From: a virus
Strand: one strand, 5' to 3'
IMG/VR virus record: IMGVR_UViG_3300026210_000014
Length of the DNA: 21,105 bases
In this document: one piece after another, positions 18,801 to 21,105 of the stretch
How the letters are laid out: each line of letters opens with the position of its first letter
How positions within the stretch are numbered: the stretch's first letter is position 1
Notes under the pieces: model-generated
Database searches by the model: none
Seen by the model: only the letters and a program-made list of their open reading frames with translations
Told to the model about the DNA's origin: nothing
Position numbers and translations under genes: made by a program

Positions 18801-21105
18801 AACAATTCCAGATAATAATATACGAAGATTAAGTGCTGTTACAGTAGAAAATTTAATAGGAAATCCTAAAGATCAAGGTTATGCTTATATGTCTTATATT
18901 AAAGATGATGCTGTTTCATATACTAATCTCGAACCATTTTTAAGTAATACTGATGTTGTGCATCATACAGAATGGAATACTGAATTAGATCCATTGCCAA
19001 AACATGACGAATGGATTTTAATTAAAGAGGGTGATCCTGATAGTAAAATTAATGCACAACTTAAAACAAAATTAATTGACTCTTTAGTTGGATCTGATGC
19101 ATTTGATAATAATGTTCCTGATGCAGACTTACCTGTTACTCAAAGGTATGGTATTGATGATAGACAATCAATGGTGAAGAATAGAACTACAGTATTAACT
19201 GCTGTAATTGAAAATATTAATGAAGTATTAGCCAAACATAGAATTGTCTCAACAAGAAATTTAACAACTTTAAATGATGAGGAGAAAGAGCCAACAGCGG
19301 CTTCAGGAAATTGGAATATAAAAGTTGATTCTTATACTGAATTAGGTTACATTAATACTCAGAATACTCCATCACTTATAACAGGCACTAAAGTTTTAAT
19401 TACAACAGATTCTATGTCAAATGGATATTGGGCAATATACACATATAAAAGTGACAGTACTTGGGAGAGAACTAGGATTCAAACTTATGATACTACACAA
19501 TATTGGCAATACAAAGATTGGTACTTAACTGGGTATGACAAAGATACATTAATAAATCATACCATTGCTACTGAAGATAAGTTATTGCTTAATGATAGCA
19601 ATGTAGAAGTTGATGAAACTGTAAAGATAACAACATCATTTGATGGTAAGTTTAGGTTATTATTAAAAACTGATACAGCCACATATAAAGAAATTGGTTT
19701 AGGTGATGCTACTATTGAAGTTAAAAAATTAGCATATTCATACGAGGATAATGCTTTAGGTTATGATAGTGATACATATGATCAATATAACTGGGATCAA
19801 CAACCTATTAAAGAATTACGTAGTATTTTAAGTACTGTAATTGATAACGTTTATATTGATGATTTAAAACTTGAATGGAATAAATTATGGTTTTTTGCTA
19901 TGCAACAAATTCTTGCAGAACAATTATATGTTGATTGGATTATTAAAACGTCATTCTTAACTGTAGAAAATGATTTTAAATCATTAAGTACAACTTCAAC
20001 ATATAAACCAGATCCATCAGATGCATTACTATCTTATGTTGACGAGGTTAAACCTTTCCATACAAAAGTAAGACAATATAATGTAAATTACGCAAAGACA
20101 GATACGTTTGGATCAGACATAACTGATTTTGACAATGAAGCATATTGGGATAAACCAACTACGAGTTTTAAAACACCTAATGTTGATGATTCGGCTTTTG
20201 ATACGCATTATGCTTCACAACCAGGAAAATTATATAATGACAATTACACTTATATTGTATCTTCAATTATAATATCAAAAAGTGGGTCAGAGTATACTGA
20301 ACCCCCAATTGTAACAATTTCAGGTGGTGGTGGATCGGGTGCTACTGCTACTGCATACGTATCAGATGGAAAATTATCAAAAGTAACTGTAACTAATAGT
20401 GGATCAGGATATATTACAACACCAACAGTAACACTTACAGGTGGTGGTAGAGAAGATTCAGCAGGTATTGCCGCTAAGGTTTATGCTCAAATAGACAATG
20501 CTAAAGTAAGAAATATGACAACTACTTTACAATTTAATAGATTAACAGGTAGTACAGTTATTTCTACAGATACAATTACAGAATGGACAGCATCAACAGA
20601 CTTTACTGCCGGTCAGAATATTCGTTATAATAACGAAATTTATTATATTACAGCAACACATAAATCAGGTACATTGTTTACAGATGCTGTAACGTTAGCA
20701 GATAGTTCAACAACAACAAATATAACAGCATACTTGCAAGAATGGTCAGCAGTTGATTATATTAAAGCACATTATTCAACTACAGCAGGTATGCCTGGTG
20801 TACAAGATTCAAGTACAGTAATGTATGGTCAGTTAATGACTGGATTAGAATATCCAGGTACACAAGTTCTTGGACCAACGTTTGATCAAGAAGGAGCATA
20901 CGATATGCATTCATATGGTGATATACCATTTGATGGTTTAATAATCGATGACGAAGGTGTGCCAACACCATCATATGAATTAGGTTTAGACAAATATGTA
21001 GATGGTGTAGGCTTTACAAATAGTTTAGCAGGTACAAATCCAGCAAACGTACAAGTAGAAGGAAATCAATTTGTAGATGAGTTTTCAGCATACGCACCAG
21101 AAGAA
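9826..21105 (+). CDS. Giant multi-domain baseplate/virion structural protein (gp7-like position), 3'-partial, >=3760 aa
   Basis: Starts at ATG 9826 right after TAA-TAA. Manual translation ([32 protein letters not shown] ... [14 protein letters not shown]) shows no stop to 21105, which explains its absence from the ORF track. It has Trp/Tyr-rich structural blocks ([57 protein letters not shown]) and sits after gp6. That it is coding is near-certain. The gp7-like role is inferred from synteny. Confidence 0.85.
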   Translation, partial: MATVSRTTTKQLPEVFQTERNKKFLNATLDQFTQKGELEKISGFVGSKKGPSYKSTDTYFTENTDDRQSYQLEPSVNYKKDDGTIDYYASYVDLINQIEFLGGNKTNHHRLFEQQSHSWAPPVDIDPLINYRHYYWLPEGPSVVQVDITRPGSISTIKVTSNGSSGYNFSGYNGDNPVLTLYRGNTYKFEVDAKGHPFYIKTSKIDGSTLQYETDYVTNQGQDEGTVTFSVPESDASSSLPDILFYSCGNHTSMQGSIVIEDLEDGFTTVDITTEVLGKKEYTTPNSVVFENGLKIKFAGTIPANYKNKEFYVEGVGDQIVLMSTDRMIVPETYSTTSATIVWDADGTENFDENPWDAGFDVPKSKDYFTINRNSKDFNAWSRSNRWFHESVLTNTATYNGHTVSLDQTKRAKRPIIQFEGNIQLYNYGEKGLPPVTAIETNSSDAFSFVNGQLGYYIDGVDLKKGDRVIFQNDSDTTVKSNIYEVDFVTLNDSTTVLYLDLKLETIGQTGHTVIVKNGTKGKGKQYRFDGTSWVECQQKTKVQQTPLFDLYNNSGVSLNDSTTYPASSFSGNTLFEVAQSTSGTTDTEYGLKIKYENFGTVADITFNNTIATKSITYLDSATASKVKINTESAYYKKNIIDVEVGVDSTVYTTVTTSLGNMWTKQKSKTKQRIIDVIDVSDELKSFKVKTYDNASSVVDLELTVFVNNVKKTLTTDYTLETKGDDIFVKFVKSRTIGDKIVFESYAPYNSKNDNGYYEVPDNLERNGLNSPVTEVTLGELSNHVLSITDNLSEFSGTQPGSGNLKDIVDNKKYGRRIMQHEGSIPLATYSLTHPNANFYSATKYVAKEYTKFKNSFIKEITTNTKDGEIRDQVDAILKTISANKSEEFAFYHSDMIGWGENYTKLSYTVTDNNNKTYGLSAVFDKTKLSEKAVHVWVNDVQVLSGTDYNFDTTSATLTFTSTYTFVIGDKIEIREYDSTIGSHVPLTPTKLGLYPSYEPKKYVDDTYRSQFNDSTAVTVIQGHDGSLIKAYGDIRDDLILDFEKRIYNNIKVTFDETNLHDLHASPGNFRKSPWTQSEWDTIKNRLFLDWTGDYQIDYTTHSYFDSEDSFTWNYSKVKNRFDGTILKGYWRGIYRTMYDTDRPHTHPWEMLGFSAKPSWWETRYGAAPYTSGNLILWQDLENGFIYSGSRIGTHSRYARNGLSAFIPVDSNGDLRAPNDFLVDRIIANQSEMNDSFEAGDGGPAETSWIRSSDYPFAVQIINALTSPARYFGVCWDTARIFKNSVEQYVYTTTGTAVQPKNFVFYGDTYTDDNNETQTYMGAGLHVWIVEYLKGKNFSSLTNFITPIKKLRLNLSYKLGGLSDKTNLKAIADAVSPGSKSNSVFIPQEDYQLFLNTSSPIVSANYSGVIVQVTATGYKVIGYDPLIRSFKIYAPIQTQVSGNLSIGQTSDEFSNWQIGGFYGAGSVIKNDGVYYRVNTSFTAGSSFDETSITEIGSTLPLTGGVTVAKYTTFHNTVTTVPYGTEYKTVQEVANFIQGYEKWLVTQGFKFDAFSSEMDTNTDWSLSIKEFMFWSTQNWATGTVIALSPSSQSLVYENTSGVIDTLLNPYEGYLVMQQEGIGISINDINVGRNNNTLTLSTRPDSDGIYFAKLNVVQKEHIVLFENSTVFADVIYDPSLGFRQERLKLTGFKTSDWNGDLFAPGFVYDEAKIGDWTAYNDYNLGDVVKYQTKYYVANQRHSGTEKFINNHWTLKDSAPAPALLPNFDYKTAQFEDFYNLDTDNFDEGQQNFARHLIGYQPRQYLEDLGIAESSQYKFYQGFIREKGTINSITKMLNAQFRAGETNTYNVYEEWAFRTGNYGGKRTQEDIEYKLESDSFHENPQLAKFLIGTTSKDASDPAMQINKNDLTILPTDYNGAPFIEYDSTANNGRHSADSVFKFRNAGPVPFDKIDFTALDINDLITTPNVGFFTVGDYIWIAKNRYKVWDLYRVQETGIRITRYDKFESDGSTVLGNDQVLITTNKPHGLADYDLVILSDVHASLDGIYQIPERQTMDSTVSENTQFSIKYLDKPEDDGSSMTKDGKLLKLVSMKFADTSSINTFAPPRGWLKDDIVTVTNDYETNSAGRWVNYENTLPYIQNTLTYDYNVAQFSEFGHAIAGDKLGYNIWISAPGDQGGKLYLHTRSVYSSNFDNIFGIFPSHTSDSAASLTGTLTVTNGSTSVTGAGTLFVSELAVGDRFRTPTNKRYTVVSIESNTALTIEEDGDGNEASSACKKTQFDRWGHAMALASSTEDKMLVSAPFASGFVKVVTLESGDFSTAPTYVVGNTIVITHSDGSTVIGSGRIKSWNSSTFVMAIETDTIIGAGYMLTSTSSDGSTTTTGYVAGAETILAGEGYAEILNKDSSGNWGSIQTVTGNPPASNENFGTSVAISGDSNWAIFGVPGASSNRGRVEVYKLNTTTNLYEYNASITPADALNGDKVGYSVATNKTGSIIAIGAPFHATTGLDSTNTNGAVFVFSNSTTGTFDQIGKLVPNTKQIDLEFGYSVAMSEDASSVIVGAPGYNQGTSDSTLAGITDQGKVFYFKLNTETFTADGSSTEYALTFTPTDEEEIGLYKAGTDSTEAWSDESTVDVWNVDGSTAKITFASAPSPNIIYTVYRWTEQQGIISNAVDEFNRFGEKVVLHPTLNTLAISSKNAVLNKIITFDKYLDDGSTVLDETTFDMGTTRFVDPQSEAGNVRVYSMYGSYYVMDQLLSSNTIDVGDKFGTGVAITNRSVFVGATKDDTKALDSGLVIDFDKGSSTTVGWEEISSQDDLINPYSIKQNYLYDTNTNRTLGFFDWIDPIKGKLPGPADAELKFISDHDPALYNELSVALIKQVNKINLDTVNPWRRYHVGELWLDTSKLVYQWYEQGTAEYRNTNWGKLFPGSTVDVYEWVESDYTPDEWRNLTNTPEGDALGITGRPRSTLYFSSEEYWDIETLSYKTKYYYWVRGTTTIPDNNIRRLSAVTVENLIGNPKDQGYAYMSYIKDDAVSYTNLEPFLSNTDVVHHTEWNTELDPLPKHDEWILIKEGDPDSKINAQLKTKLIDSLVGSDAFDNNVPDADLPVTQRYGIDDRQSMVKNRTTVLTAVIENINEVLAKHRIVSTRNLTTLNDEEKEPTAASGNWNIKVDSYTELGYINTQNTPSLITGTKVLITTDSMSNGYWAIYTYKSDSTWERTRIQTYDTTQYWQYKDWYLTGYDKDTLINHTIATEDKLLLNDSNVEVDETVKITTSFDGKFRLLLKTDTATYKEIGLGDATIEVKKLAYSYEDNALGYDSDTYDQYNWDQQPIKELRSILSTVIDNVYIDDLKLEWNKLWFFAMQQILAEQLYVDWIIKTSFLTVENDFKSLSTTSTYKPDPSDALLSYVDEVKPFHTKVRQYNVNYAKTDTFGSDITDFDNEAYWDKPTTSFKTPNVDDSAFDTHYASQPGKLYNDNYTYIVSSIIISKSGSEYTEPPIVTISGGGGSGATATAYVSDGKLSKVTVTNSGSGYITTPTVTLTGGGREDSAGIAAKVYAQIDNAKVRNMTTTLQFNRLTGSTVISTDTITEWTASTDFTAGQNIRYNNEIYYITATHKSGTLFTDAVTLADSSTTTNITAYLQEWSAVDYIKAHYSTTAGMPGVQDSSTVMYGQLMTGLEYPGTQVLGPTFDQEGAYDMHSYGDIPFDGLIIDDEGVPTPSYELGLDKYVDGVGFTNSLAGTNPANVQVEGNQFVDEFSAYAPEE
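10348..10605 (+). other. Cupredoxin-like domain with a type-1 (blue) copper ligand set inside the giant ORF
   Basis: [26 protein letters not shown]...GTVTFSVP...[17 protein letters not shown]. Ligands are His at 10411, Cys at 10567, His at 10576 and Met at 10585 (C-x2-H-x2-M). Confidence 0.75.
14191..14277 (+). other. CBM5/12 (chitin-binding type 3)-like module 1
   Basis: [29 protein letters not shown] fits W-x5-Y-x2-G-x-V-x4-G-x-x-Y. Confidence 0.5.
14965..15075 (+). other. CBM5/12-like module 2
   Basis: [28 protein letters not shown]...W. Confidence 0.65.
16282..18210 (+). repeat. Seven FG-GAP (integrin-alpha-like) repeats forming a probable 7-bladed beta-propeller inside the giant ORF
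   Basis: Blade starts: FGHAIAG..ISAPG (16282), WGHAMAL..VSAPF (16663), [14 protein letters not shown] (17092), VGYSVAT..IGAPF (17260), [13 protein letters not shown] (17446), FGEKVVL..AISS (17848), FGTGVAI..FVGAT (18112). Most are closed by a G-x-V-x-V/F strand. Confidence 0.8.
20257..20448 (+). repeat. Two-unit Gly-rich 'GSGY-x-x-x-P-x-V-x-I-x-GGGG' module typical of T4-like structural proteins
   Basis: [65 protein letters not shown]. Confidence 0.7.
20584..20670 (+). other. CBM5/12-like module 3
   Basis: [29 protein letters not shown]. Confidence 0.6.

Noticed and set aside
512-20974. Short minus-strand ORFs in the track (512-700, 2192-2476, 3395-3742, 4544-4735, 4554-4745, 4844-5245, 6230-6472, 7008-7256, 14439-14735, 16931-17134, 20780-20974)
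   Set aside because: All lie antisense to long plus-strand genes, have shadow-like composition (F/L/S/V-rich) and show no recognisable motifs.
3-21105. Stop-codon reassignment (code 15 or code 4) as in some large phages
   Set aside because: About 7000 codons of long genes read without any internal TAG or TGA, so standard code 11 explains the whole window.

Overview
The whole window is an AT-rich, all plus-strand, gap-free baseplate operon of a large contractile-tailed (T4-superfamily, probably jumbo) phage, read in standard code 11. Gene order is: a 5'-truncated hub-like tail protein (frame open from nt 3, not 525, to 3623), a gp5/VgrG-like central spike without a lysozyme domain (3624-5513), a PAAR/gp5.4 tip (5521-5796), a gp25-like wedge subunit (5798-6292), an enlarged gp6-like wedge (6334-9822), and a giant ORF missing from the supplied track. 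I hand-translated that ORF from ATG 9826 to the window end and found 3760 codons with no stop. It is a mosaic containing a type-1 copper (cupredoxin) site, Ig-like modules, three CBM5/12-like modules, a 7-bladed FG-GAP propeller with domains inserted in its blades, and a Gly-rich GSGY module. The most unusual signal is a D-x(0,1)-S-T-[V/T/A/L/I] motif scattered about 20 times through this protein, a candidate virion glycosylation or modification sequon. I saw no tRNA, rRNA, CRISPR or mobile element. Family assignments come from motif recognition and synteny, not database searches.
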